A DNA stretch of 63,722 nucleotides, filler included, from Lenisia limosa (taxonomy: Eukaryota; Protista; Breviatea), in assembly GCA_001655205.1 (NCBI GenBank). It is 11 parts of 11 records of this genome, joined end to end, with 100 filler letters (N's around TTAATTAATTAA, not from the genome) between each part and the next. Parts side by side here need not be neighbours in the genome. Positions count along the whole stretch, not along the records: positions 20,017 to 32,400 come from LPNZ01007249.1; positions 32,501 to 37,774 come from LPNZ01002476.1; 9 more parts are not named here. One strand, 5' to 3'. This document shows, piece by piece, positions 24,001 through 35,581 of the stretch. A program made the position numbers and the translations under genes. Position 1 is the first letter of the stretch, and each line of letters opens with the position of its first letter. The notes below the pieces were generated by a model. The model searched no databases. It saw only the letters and a list, made by a program, of their open reading frames with translations, and had not been told where the DNA came from.

Positions 24001-27000
24001 AAACCATTTGTTAAGAGCAAGGAATGCATGCATTACAAATAAATCTAGAGACAGTAGAGTAGGTCAAGTTTGACTGAATTATCATCAGTATAAAAATCAT
24101 ATTTCCATGGCATTTAATATGAAGGTTAGGCTTAAACGAGGTCCAAAAAGACCGGTAAAATTTATCGGGAAATTCAAGCTTTTTTAGGACCGGCAAGCCC
24201 AACGACTAATTAGCCTCCTACTGAATCGACAATCGCGCCGTCTGGGGGATTTTGGGTTGTGGAGTGAGGGCCAAAAGAGTCTTCGCTGTAAGCTGTGGCT
24301 TTCGCTGAGGGGGTGAAAAAAGACCTTATTGAAACACATTTGAAAAATTCGTAACAAACTATTAAAATGCCACAGAGATGATACAAAGTTATGGTTATGT
24401 CGGCCCCCAAGCAAGGGTTGAAAACCTTACCTTACAATATTTTCTTTCAGCATTTAGTATGCCTTCACTTCAATCCGAAATTACTGGTAAAATATCGACA
24501 GTCTTCGAGTGTTTATCGAAAGATCCTGTCTTTTTTTGTTTCATTTCAACGTTTTGCAACTCAACCAACAGCCAAGAATACCTGATGCACGGGTCGAGCA
24601 GGGGGATTAGGAGGAGGAGTAGGCTGTTTGGTAACAAGTCGCAAGCGGTCAAGCTTTGCGTACACCTCTTCGGCTTCGCTGTGGTCGTTGCCTCCCTCCC
24701 ATCTAAATTATTAAGAAATGGATTCAAATGGAGGCTTCTATTTTAGAATGTCATACTATGCAGTAGTATATGTATNNNNNNNNNNNNNNNNNNNNNNNNN
24801 NNNNNNNNNNNNNNNNNNNNNNNNNNNNNNNNNNNNNNNNNNNNNNNNNNNNNNNNNNNNNNNNNNNNNNNNNNNTATACATAATACAAACATAATTACT
24901 ACAAAAATTTATGCCCTTTTTGGGTAATTGAACAATTGGGACATATTATAACAAGAACCCCGTTTCATACACTTTAAAACAATAACTGAACAGAGCCCTA
25001 AAGGTAAATTCCCACCAACTCGTCCTCGTTCTCAAGCTCAATTTCTTCATAAGATTTGGTCAGACGTGGTGGCTCTGCTTCCGCCTCATCTTCCTCCTAA
25101 ATGGTAAGGAACATATCTCATAGAAGCGTTAAAGTGAGGAATATAGTACTGCCTATTTAAAAAAAACTTTTCATCCTCCTTTATAATATCACTAATTAGC
25201 CTTTTTGCAGGAAAGCCTCTATTAAAACTTGGATCATAAAGTTCCGGCAGTACACTGTACGAAAAAGTTATTAATATGCGCGATAGTATTGAAGATGATA
25301 CCACCTCATTATATTTTTCATGAGTTAGTCAATCCTCTTATAGTAAGATTAATTTCTTCACACTGATCAAAGAGATTTAACGAGAAATTATGTTTGCTTT
25401 TAAAGCCAAGGGAAGTGATACGTAGCAATCTATCTTCTTCTAATTTAGTATCTCAAAATAATTATTTGCTCAACCAACATCATCGGTTTCAGGAGGCGGA
25501 GTGGGGGTGCGGGGTGGGAGAACAGTGTGGGGTAAGTTGCCAACGGAGGTGAGTGAGTCTGAGAACACACATCGAATTGACACCCTGGCCGCGAAAGATG
25601 GCCGGGAACCTTAATGGGTCAAATAGGGGAAATTTGAAAAGTTTATAAAACCAAAAAAGCCCAAAATCAAGTTGTCTGACAAGACCAGGCCAGAATTATG
25701 GTAGGAATGTGAGGGTTGTAGCTTTTGAATAGACAATTTATTAAACAACAAACCTCAACTCTGCTGGCTAAGAAATTGGGTAACCAGACAAGAGTTAAAA
25801 ATAGCAATAAACAAAGCCATGGCCAGGCGCTTCTGCAACACCACACCGTTAAATCAACAATGCTTAAGATGGGGATAACGACAAATACAATACAATTAAC
25901 CATAATGAACATCATCACTTGATTTCAAAAGTGTAACGAAAGGCCTCAACCGCATCTTGATAATAGTTCAGTTGTTGGAGATGTAGAGTCCTTTTCTATC
26001 CCGAATGAAATCACCGCCTCACCTCTCTCCTCCAAAACACGGCGTAATAAAGCTGCTAGTCTCGCGGGATAGTCTGTGTCTACATGTATTAAAGAAGGCA
26101 TCTCAGTTAAATGTATGAAATAAAATAAAACTAGGGATTCCAAATAACATGTAACGATACCATTAAATTAAATAATTACACCAAATACAGATACTCACAT
26201 CCCCACCCCCATTTCTGTCCTACTCTGTTCATCCAATATTGCCCCGATTCTCCTTCAAAACATGTTATTAAGGTAACGTTAGGCCTAAACCAGTCGGGAA
26301 AATGGGGTAACTCCTACTTTTCCGTGCCAAATTCGAAAAATTTCGACCCACCATCCAGCAAGCCTACCTTTTGGCTTCAAAATGGACTTCATATAATCTT
26401 CATTCAGAAAACGGTCTTTCCACGGGAGCAGCGGCTGTAGAGGTGAAAACAAAGGTCATCTTTAGACTGGTGAATATAATGGCTGTGTAAGTAAAGCAAT
26501 CAAAGGCCCTTTTATTGTTAAGCCATACGGATAAAGTGATAGGAGTGATAGGAATGAGGGAAGTAATAAGAGTGATGAGAGTGATATGAGAGATCATGCG
26601 TACTTCTCTAACCAAGTTTGGTGTGGATGTTTTAGAGCGATGGATATAACAGCTGAATTCATCTTTGTACTGTTGAACGAGGTAGACGGCGCCCCCACTT
26701 ACCACGTTAAGATGGGGGAGCATTTCATCGGGGTCAATTCGAATGCATCTGCATTTGGCATTGGTGCAGTTCAACACTCGGTCCTCAGTTACGTCTCCAA
26801 CAACAGAACTGGTGGATTATACATGAATGTAGTGAAAACGTGGCTCCAAACCAGATAGTTAACGTAACCTCATCCAAGTTCTGGTTCTGTTGTCCTTTTT
26901 TAACCATTCAAACACCCAATAACTCTGGTTTCCCTACGGTCCAAAAATTGGTATACTATCGAAATATATCGATGATTATCGGGTAATTCAGTCACTTTCT

Positions 27001-28790
27001 CGACCTGAAAGCCCAATAACCAGCGCTCCCTTCGGTCTGAAAAATATTGTCAAAATATCGATATTTTTCGAGGATTTATCGGTAATTCGTTCTTTTTTGG
27101 GACTGTAGGGAAGTAATCCCAATAACTCACATTAAAATATGTTTCATTGTAAGCTTCGGCCTCATTGACTTGAGGGACGGCGAGAGGTGGAGCGCTCGCA
27201 CCATCAACAAAATTACATCACATTCACCAGTTAACTACAGAATGAATTTCGAATTGAGCATTCTTCAATTTAGAAAGTAACGGCAATAAAAAAACCTCTT
27301 TTCGTGAGAAGTGACATATGTTTACGTTTATAAACCATTTCAAGTCATAAACTCAATAGTTAAGAGTTAACACCTTTGGAAAAGTGAGTCACTACTTTCA
27401 CCAACATACAGTGACCGGTATAAATATTGACCTATTATGCTTCGTAAATCACAGAGCAAATGGGTTAAGACTTATCCCGGTCATCATAGTATACCTAGTG
27501 CACACATCCAATCAGAAAAAGACCGGTAAATGTCGATATTTATCAAGGTTTCTCGAGACAATCAGTCTTCAAGAACATAGCCCAAAGCATACCCTGGCGT
27601 TATCGAAATAAGAATTGAGTCCAATATTGGCGTATCTGCGCCATGATTCTGGTTTCCGCGTAGAGACGATAATGTCCTCTCCCTGAACCAGCTCTGAAAA
27701 TAGTAAAACTGTAAATCTGCTTACACAAACCCCACCTCCAGGTACATAATAATAATTTCAACATTACAATATGATTCATAGCCCTCTTTATATTCAGGAA
27801 TAGTAGTATTGTATACCCCGTGCTGCATTCTCAAAATAAATAGTATACTCCCTTCCTCCTCAGGGTTTCATTATGGCCCTCTGTACAGTGTATGTATTGC
27901 CAAGTGTGCCCACCCCACCATTATTTCTTATCAGAAATTGTAGAAACACCCCATTTTGCTCACCAGTTGCCAATAAAGCTTCAACGAGGGACTTCGCCAT
28001 GCTCCCTCCGCCAACAATACCGATTTTGCCTCCGCCTTAATATGTCATTTTAGACAATAACAGAGAAATACATGTATAAAAAAATGTTAGAAAATATATG
28101 AACAGAAGATATTTTGCCTCTGGTTGATGGGTTCATTTTGAACAATAAAGATAGATATACGATATCATATACACTAACGATGGAAAGTCTTGACTGATTT
28201 GTGATTCAATAAGGTAAATCGGTCAAGACTTTTTACAGCCGCTGCATATTAACAGGTTAGTAATAATATATCTTTTATAGAGGAAAGTTACTTACCTTCA
28301 CCAAATAATTTAGTAAAGAAATAAATATACAAAATTTGAATTAAATTGTCTCAAAATGGGTAAAATATGTCCCATTTGAAAATAAAAACTTATTTCTCAG
28401 TTGCACAAGTTACAATTTTGTACAAGAAAAAAAGGTAAAATACATTATCAATTGAGAATATATCATCGATATCATATACTAGTTATTTTGTATTTTTACA
28501 AGATATCAGCGATCCCTTTGCCAGTCCAACCTGGCACAGGGGCTGCAAGAAGAGCCTGTTTGACTATCATAACTGTTGCGGCTGCCTGGGCAACTATATC
28601 GAATTATAATAGCAAAAGGCAAAAACAAGTCATATGGATTCAGCTTTTTTGCAACTGATAGTGCGGTTCTACCACATACCAGCAGCAGCTCTTTGGGACA
28701 GCATGCACCCCACTCCGGGATATTGGGGGGCCATGGACACCAGCGGTGGTGGCGCAATCCCGACACTTGTCGGAGATATTAATCTGGTGT
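21061..28790 (-). CDS. NOXRED1-like / pyrroline-5-carboxylate-reductase-type Rossmann protein with long Pro/Ser-rich C-terminal extension
   Basis: Core 26650-28790: GKIGIVGGGSMAKSLVEALLATG|ELVQGEDIIVSTRKPESWRRYANIGLNSYFDNAR|LTGECDVILLMVRAL..KHILI|SVVGDVTEDRVLN..CIRI. The STRxPE and DN..L...DVI features resemble NOXRED1. Downstream low-complexity exons (WEGGNDHSEAEEVY.., APTTPSPATPEP.., 22144-22480) are mostly phase-compatible; start and gene boundary are uncertain. Confidence 0.7.
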
Positions 28791-29875
28791 GTGAAAATGT
28801 TTGAAAGAAGAAGGAAAAAGTCCAAAATCAACTCTATTGGCAAGGAAGCCACAGGGTTAAAAATAAGAGAACAAACATTGCTCAGATGAGTTGCTTTGGT
28901 TTACCACGATATTGAAAGGATAACGAAAAGAGTCTCCACATTAGAAATAGTAGACCAGTTGCCAGAAATGTGAATTTATAAAAGATAATGTTCTCCATAT
29001 GAAAAATTAAGTTAAGATGCGAAAAAATTCACTTTTCCTCTTATCCAATTAGATATTGATGTTCTGTTTCAAAACATTCAAAATCGGAACAGCCAAACAA
29101 ATAATCAAAATCAAAACACAAAAGAATCAAAAGTGGAATGTAGGTGATAAATGACCTTTTTTAACTCATCTATTAAATTGAAAACAGTCAATCTACATAC
29201 ATATGTATATGTAGTATATATTGAATAGTTGTGTTACCATAAAATTAACATGTAGGGTTTTGCGGATGATTGGGCAAATTCATGAGATATGTACAGGAAT
29301 GTTGTCTCCAACGCAACAGGCCCAGATAGCTTTTAATAACAAGGCAGCATCATGGATCAATTTCATAATGTCTAGCGGTTAGGTCCGTTAAAACAATGTT
29401 ATTAGCTACAATAAAACATAATAATTATGCCTTTTCTAAGAGTGGGCGCAGAATTTCTGAATAACGATAGATCCCAGCTTACCCCCATGCAAGAGTTGGC
29501 GAAAATGTTGACATTCTCAACTTTTCTAACCTGAAATTAAATTTGCTATCATCTCATATTGCTTTAGAAGCAAGACGGGGCCCTGTGGTGTGTTCAAAAG
29601 AAACTAGTTAGTTAAAGGAACTACTTAATGTAATCTAATTTCGTTGCTTCTAGTTTACAATACAGAGTTTAAGAGTTTATGCCTGAAAGAGGCCAAAAAC
29701 AAGAATTGCCACTCAAAAGTGATATAAATGGTAATTCAATTCCCCAGATTATTTTCTTTTATATTATCAATTAAGACACTAAATTAATTAGCTGCTGCCT
29801 GAGAGGAGAAGTTGTAGAGTAAGCAGCAGGAATACGTAAAGTCTAAAAAACTTTTTTTCGCAATTTGTTCCGAAA

Positions 29876-32400
29876 ATGAGACAGCCTTTCACAGTCGTTC
29901 TGTGGGCGTTTTTGACAGTACTGATGATGACAATCAATGGTTCCGATCAGATCACGTAAGCTTCATTCCCATCTTCACTCCACAACAGCAATTCCACTAA
30001 TCTCATCATTTCAGGCTCACAACCGCAGGGCTGACGAAGGGGTTCAAACTTGGTGCGGGGTGAACAAGGGGTAATGTTTTGAGTCTTACTTACCAATTTA
30101 GCCTTGACTTATTTCCATAAAATAAAACATACTATGAGCCGTACTTACAATTTAGCCGAGGCTGTGGATGATAGTGACCCCGTCCCTCTCAGCGAATACA
30201 AGCAATTAGTAGGGGGGGATGGCGAATACAAGCAAGTTGTAGGATAATATGATAGAATATTAGGTAGAGGTCATATATCGGGTTTTCCTGTTCCATATAG
30301 GGCTAGGGGATATACATTTAAATGTAGATCGTTTGCTCTGACCCCCACCCCAGGAAGCCCGTTTTGAAAGTTTAAATGCGACGCTGACAGCCAAGATTGA
30401 TGAGTTGACCCCTAAAGAAGAGGTATCAAGGATATTGGGAAAGAGTTACGCAGGTGTGATTCTCTCTGTCCAAAGATGGTTGAAAGTCAATATTGAGGGC
30501 CTCTATTGGCTCAATATTTTTCGAACTTTTAGACTGTATGGAAGCCGAAATGCTCACCCTTTAGTCATGCTGGGCAGTTAGGGATCAACCCTCAGGATGG
30601 TTTGTATTGAAAGGGGTTTGAGGGTTTATTGTGGTATATTATAAATGGTGTTTTTGTTTTGTTTTGTGGAGCTGGATCTTTATTATTCTAGTAGAGGCTT
30701 TACAGTAAAGAGATATACATTCTTGCCACCATGAGACATACTCCGATGAAATATATTTTATTTGTTATGATATTATCAGATCACTTGCGTTTCTCATTTT
30801 AATGCGCAAGCTCTCCTAGAGACTCTATTTTGCATGAAATGTTGTCGATTTGCTGTTTTTTTTTGTGTTTTAATTTTAATTCCCATTTTCATTCACAAAT
30901 ATATCGATATAGTATATGATATAGTATTTACACTGTACTAGTATTTCATCTTGTATTCAAATTTTGTACATATTGAACTTGTTGATATCCTGGTTTGTTT
31001 TTGTTACCTCAAAGTCCATTCTATCCATTGGTCTGTCACAGATTGGTATATATTATATATATATATATTATATATATTGTGATATTCTGCTTGTGTTTCG
31101 CAATTTTGTTTCAAAATCAAAAACAGTATTCCACCTTAACATTGGGTGCAGTTCTCGCATGAAGTTTACTGCAACAACGATATTGACGGAGGAGGATGGA
31201 TGCGCTTCTACACAACGGGCAGCACCTATGGTAAGCAATTTTGATGTTTGACGGAGATGGGAATCTAATCAACACGAGGGAAAGGATATATTTGCAGGAC
31301 CGTAACTCTGGCCCGGGGAGGGGGGACTGTATCACCTGTGTAACTGTTATTTGCATTCCAATATACAGTGTATCTATTAGATGCCTGGTTGCTTTGTTGT
31401 TATCAACCCTTGTGTGTTACTCACCAACAATGTTTATTGTAGGCTGTTTTTTTTTTGTTTCATATAATTTCACATTTGACTCCTCTATAGCTACAGCAGA
31501 AAGAATATATTTCGCCTCTACCGATGTTGCCACCGCCAAGGTATCTTTGGGGGAGTGTATTTTATCAAGTTATCATGTGTCTGTGTGTGGGGGGCATAGA
31601 TATGTTTAAAGGAACCTTGGGGGAAGATTCGAGAGCGTTTAAAGAGGTGTATTATTGATCAAGTGTAATTTCAGGTTTTCTCTCAATTTTGCGTTTTACA
31701 AAATACAATGCTTGCCTAGTATGGCTCTAGTTTGTTTTGTTGATAACACCCTAAGGCGGACGGAGCGTACTATGTTGGAAATGAGTCCGCAAATGTCATG
31801 GCATACCTCTCGTGAGTTTGGAACTTCACTTCGGTTTCAAAAAAACCCCGGTGACATATCGATATTTATCGAGAATTTATCGAGAACTTATGGAAAACCT
31901 CTCTTTTTCGGACCAAAGTTGAATCACTATTTCTAAAGTCCTCCAATGGTATCTAATCCGGTGTAGCCGTAAAGGGACGCGCGAGACGTTAATCTACAAG
32001 CACATTGGCGAGGGGATCATAGCCGACGGAACTATTTTGCCAGTTGACTCTACGGTGACATTCCGATACGAACAGGGACCACTGACAAGTTGGCTGGATA
32101 TCCCCGTTCCCCGATAATATTCTTAAAAACAAGCCCCATTCAGCGAGATACTATGTACTCCAATATCTCATAAGCGTGATATTGTGGAAGGCTAAGTGTT
32201 GTAGTACGATATATTATCATATATACTTTCGTTTGTAATAATTTATTTACCCAATTGCTTCAATAGCTCCATTTTTACGGGGTTGCTGTCATTCATTATG
32301 TTGTTATATTTTACATGTGAATATATATACACCAACATTGACCAACCAGTCCGTGCGCTGAACACCCACGTTGCCAAAACCGTCAGGATGGGTCTCACCA
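29876..32400 (+). CDS. Secreted protein with fibrinogen-C/intelectin-like motif (3' truncated)
   Basis: Signal peptide MRQPFTVVLWAFLTVLMMTING. Exon ~31152-31230 encodes FSHEVYCNNDIDGGGWMRFY (VYC..D.DGGGW signature); downstream exons ATAERIYFASTDVATAK|ADGAYYVGNESANVMAYL are in phase. Confidence 0.62.
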
Positions 32401-32589
32401 NNNNNNNNNNNNNNNNNNNNNNNNNNNNNNNNNNNNNNNNNNNNTTAATTAATTAANNNNNNNNNNNNNNNNNNNNNNNNNNNNNNNNNNNNNNNNNNNN
32501 ACAATTTTCTTAGTTATATGCCATATTTTTAGCAAAATTTTTCGCACAATTCAAATAAATTCACAGATAGAGGAAAATTCACAGATATA

Positions 32590-35304
32590 TGGACGGTGTG
32601 ATATCTTGAGGAAGCCGTCTTGTCATAAAAATGAGGGGGGGCAGTTGATTTTGTGGACAATGTTGACAACGCCACAATGGCTAATTATTCATTACATATT
32701 GCCCTTCTTTCAGCCATGGTATGAAACAGTTAGAGTGAAAATCTGTAACACGGAAAACACAACTAGGGCTTCACTTCGGTTCGACAAACGACTGAATGTC
32801 TCGATAAATCCTAGAAAACTATCGATATTTTCCCGATTTTTTTTCGAACCGAAGTGAAGCCCTATGAACAAGTGATACAATAAGACGGATAATACCCCAC
32901 ACACCCGCATGGAGGCACGTTCCTTTGTAATCCAGTCCCTCGGATGTACACATGGCTGTTGACGTTCCTAAAGGAAGTCAGATTTGATCCTTGATCATCT
33001 CAATATACATAATATAATAACCTTCTCTATAGTTCAAACAATTACCAATTTCAGTCATTTTTGGGACCGTAGGCAAGCCCCTCTATAAGCTCTTACACCC
33101 ATTCAAACTCACCGGAAAGAGTGCCGACATCACAAGAGTACTCACAAACAGCACCGTACGCAACAGGAACCGTGCAGTTGGAGGACATACCCTCGGGTGG
33201 CTCATTGTAACACATAACTGTCAAAATCGTGTTAATGCTTCTATTTCTTTAAAAGTAGACCTTTGTAAACCCAAGAATAAAAGGTCAAAGAAGTCAGTAG
33301 TAAAGTCACAACAATACGATGGTTATTCAAAAGATTAAATCCTGTTTGCAGTTTCACTTTGTTACCAAAAACACCCAATTCCTTCATATATCCTCCAGAA
33401 ACCTTCCAGTTGTTTAGGGCAGTAAGAAACCCCCCTCCTTATCCATCACCCCATTCACAATTATTCAAAACTCCAAAAAAGTGTGACTTTTAAAACATAT
33501 TACTCTTTCAAATGTACAACCAAAATGTTTCAATGTTTCATATTTTTTATCTTTATGGTGCGCATCCATCACCCCACCCACTGGGAGAACAGACAGGGTG
33601 ATTAGTCCACCCATGAGAGTCACAATGCGCATATGATGAAGCCTCCAGTTGGAAGCCCTCCAAACAAGAGCCCTTTAGAGGTTAGGGAGTGGTTAAAAAG
33701 CGAAGATTGGGAGCGATTTAGAAAACCCAGACAAGAGAAAAAAACAGACAAGAGAAAAAACCAGACAAGAGCCCTACGGTGGTTAAATCAAGAACCCTTG
33801 AATGTTTTTTCCAGAAATATACAGAAACCAACAACTTCCTGGGACGAACCGGAGTAATTCAAATGAATTATAAACCGTAGATTAACTCTAGGGCTCCGTT
33901 CAATTTATTTTTTTGATGAAATTAATTGACAAATTAGAAATTATTCTCGTTAAATGTTGGACTTCATATTTTGAAATAAATATTTCAATTAATTGCACGG
34001 AGCCCTAATTATAACTTCATGTTCCGGGATCCAAAAACATGTATTTCCATTGAGTCTCAGGGATTCATTATTCTCAAGAATCGTTCGAAAAGTTTCGAAA
34101 TTAGCTGGAACGTCTCAATGATTTACAAAACCCCTCAAAAGTAGAGATAGGAAATTCTTGATACTCCAGCAAACCGAAACAGTGTAGTTCGCAGAAGCCG
34201 TTGGCCCAGAATGTGCGAAATTGGTCACTGTGACAGAAATGTCAACACCATTAGGAATGGGGAACGAGGCGCATCGAAACTCTTCCATTGACGTGCTAAG
34301 GGCTGGAAGAGCAGTAAATAATTGTGACATGGAAGTAGGGCTTCACTTCGGTTTGAAATAAACAGATAAAATATAGATACTTTTGATTTATCGAGAAATT
34401 CTGTCTTTGTTTGAACCGAAGTGAAGCCCTATGTGAAAGGGCTTGACTATTTGGCTTGCTTTCCTGAGACATTAATAATTCTTGTATTACTTAGTGAGCT
34501 AAGAAATAGACGAGTATCTCATGCATTTTTGAGCCTCTTTTATCAAGGATATGAGAAGATAAATACACCGTAATTATCAATAGAGTAAACTCCATACCAA
34601 CCATTAACGCTACTGTCAATCTCAGAGGACCAAACTGCAAAGACACCCTAGGAAAATCAAAAATAGAAGGGTAATATTTTCCGTTCAGGTAATTCATAAA
34701 TTAAAAAAAAAATGAAAATAACTTGGATAAATGGAATCCAAGTTTGTATTTTATCAGCTAATAGTATGGAAGGATTCAGTTGGACTCTCCATCGACCTCG
34801 TGCACCACTTGTTGATCGGTTTTCGAAATGATGAACAATAATAACATAAGGGTTCATCCAGGGTGTATCAGAATATCATTGAGACATATCGGTCAATTTT
34901 CACACGAACTGCATAGAAAATGCCAGTTTAACAGTCTGAAAATGTTCCAAACGTGATATGATTGCAATTTACAAAAACCGGACCGTGACATATGAGTTCA
35001 TTTGCAATAGTTCTTGAACTTCGAACAATGAAATTTTTCATAAAATTATTTGATAAAATTTGAAATTAAGAGCGTTTTGAAATGGCATTCTCATCACTAT
35101 TTCCCACTTCAAAAATATGTCTCAAACAATTGCAGAAAGACCTCAATATTACAATCCGCCCCAAACCTGCTGAACAGGCGCTTCAGATGAGCCAGAATTG
35201 CTGACATAAATGTCCACTAAGTCACTATTGGTCATAACCACTGGACTAGCTAAGGCCAGGGCCAAGACTATGGCAAGAGGGATCAGATTCCAAAACCCAG
35301 CCAT
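32590..35304 (-). CDS. Secreted or surface protein with tandem Sushi (CCP/SCR) domains
   Basis: Signal peptide MAGFWNLIPLAIVLALALA (ATG 35304), then DIYVSNSGS. Sushi-type exons: GSCLEGFQLEASSYAHCDSHGWTNHPVCSP and MCYNEPPEGMSSNCTVPVAYGAVCEYSCDVGTLS|GTSTAMCTSEGLDYKGTC. The exon at ~34150-34290 needs a 1-nt frameshift. Confidence 0.72.
32764..32864. mobile_element. MITE family A, full-length copy
   Basis: TIRs TAGGGCTTCACTTCGGTTCGA / TCGAACCGAAGTGAAGCCCTA with internal TATCGA/CTCGATAA repeats. Confidence 0.9.
33889..34007. mobile_element. MITE family B (TAGGGCTCCGT...ACGGAGCCCTA), hAT-like ends
   Basis: TIRs with an AT-rich core; homologous copies at ~51113-51213 and ~53664-53782, and a left-end fragment at ~2293. 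Confidence 0.8.
34336..34431. mobile_element. MITE family A, full-length copy
   Basis: Both TIRs intact; intronic in the Sushi gene. Confidence 0.9.
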
Positions 35305-35581
35305 GGTGTTCAAGGAGTGAAGACGTTTCACTCAAGTTTCGCTCTATATTATCTTAACACACGCTTATCTTTGAATAATATGGTGAAAGGAGGAAAGAAC
35401 ACAACAAATAGCTGGTAACACTTCTCCCGTCCCGGGTTACTTTTTTATGGCTTTCTTTGGCTCCAAAGTTCCTTTTTACGCTTTCAAACGTTTAATTGTC
35501 ACGCACTCATAATAATTAGAAGCATAGAAAAGGTGTAATGGTTTAGACAGTTCTCTAGAACCCCGCCATTTGGCTAGAACC

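Noticed and set aside
25946-26070. GTPBP1/2-like motif (EERGEAVISFGIE)
   Set aside because: No P-loop or G-domain motifs follow, and the exon fits the NOXRED1-like chain.
29250-29530. Small gene between the NOXRED1-like and fibrinogen-like genes
   Set aside because: Open frames exist on both strands with no recognisable motif or consistent exon chain.
30014-30230. GH10 xylanase or metallophosphoesterase start (GFKLGA..)
   Set aside because: Downstream catalytic motifs are absent; later exons match a fibrinogen-C-like motif instead.
32764-32864. Family A as a TA-TSD mariner/Stowaway MITE
   Set aside because: The TA is part of TAGGG/CCCTA termini; 8-bp duplications at 53539/53646 and 51015/51113 favour hAT.
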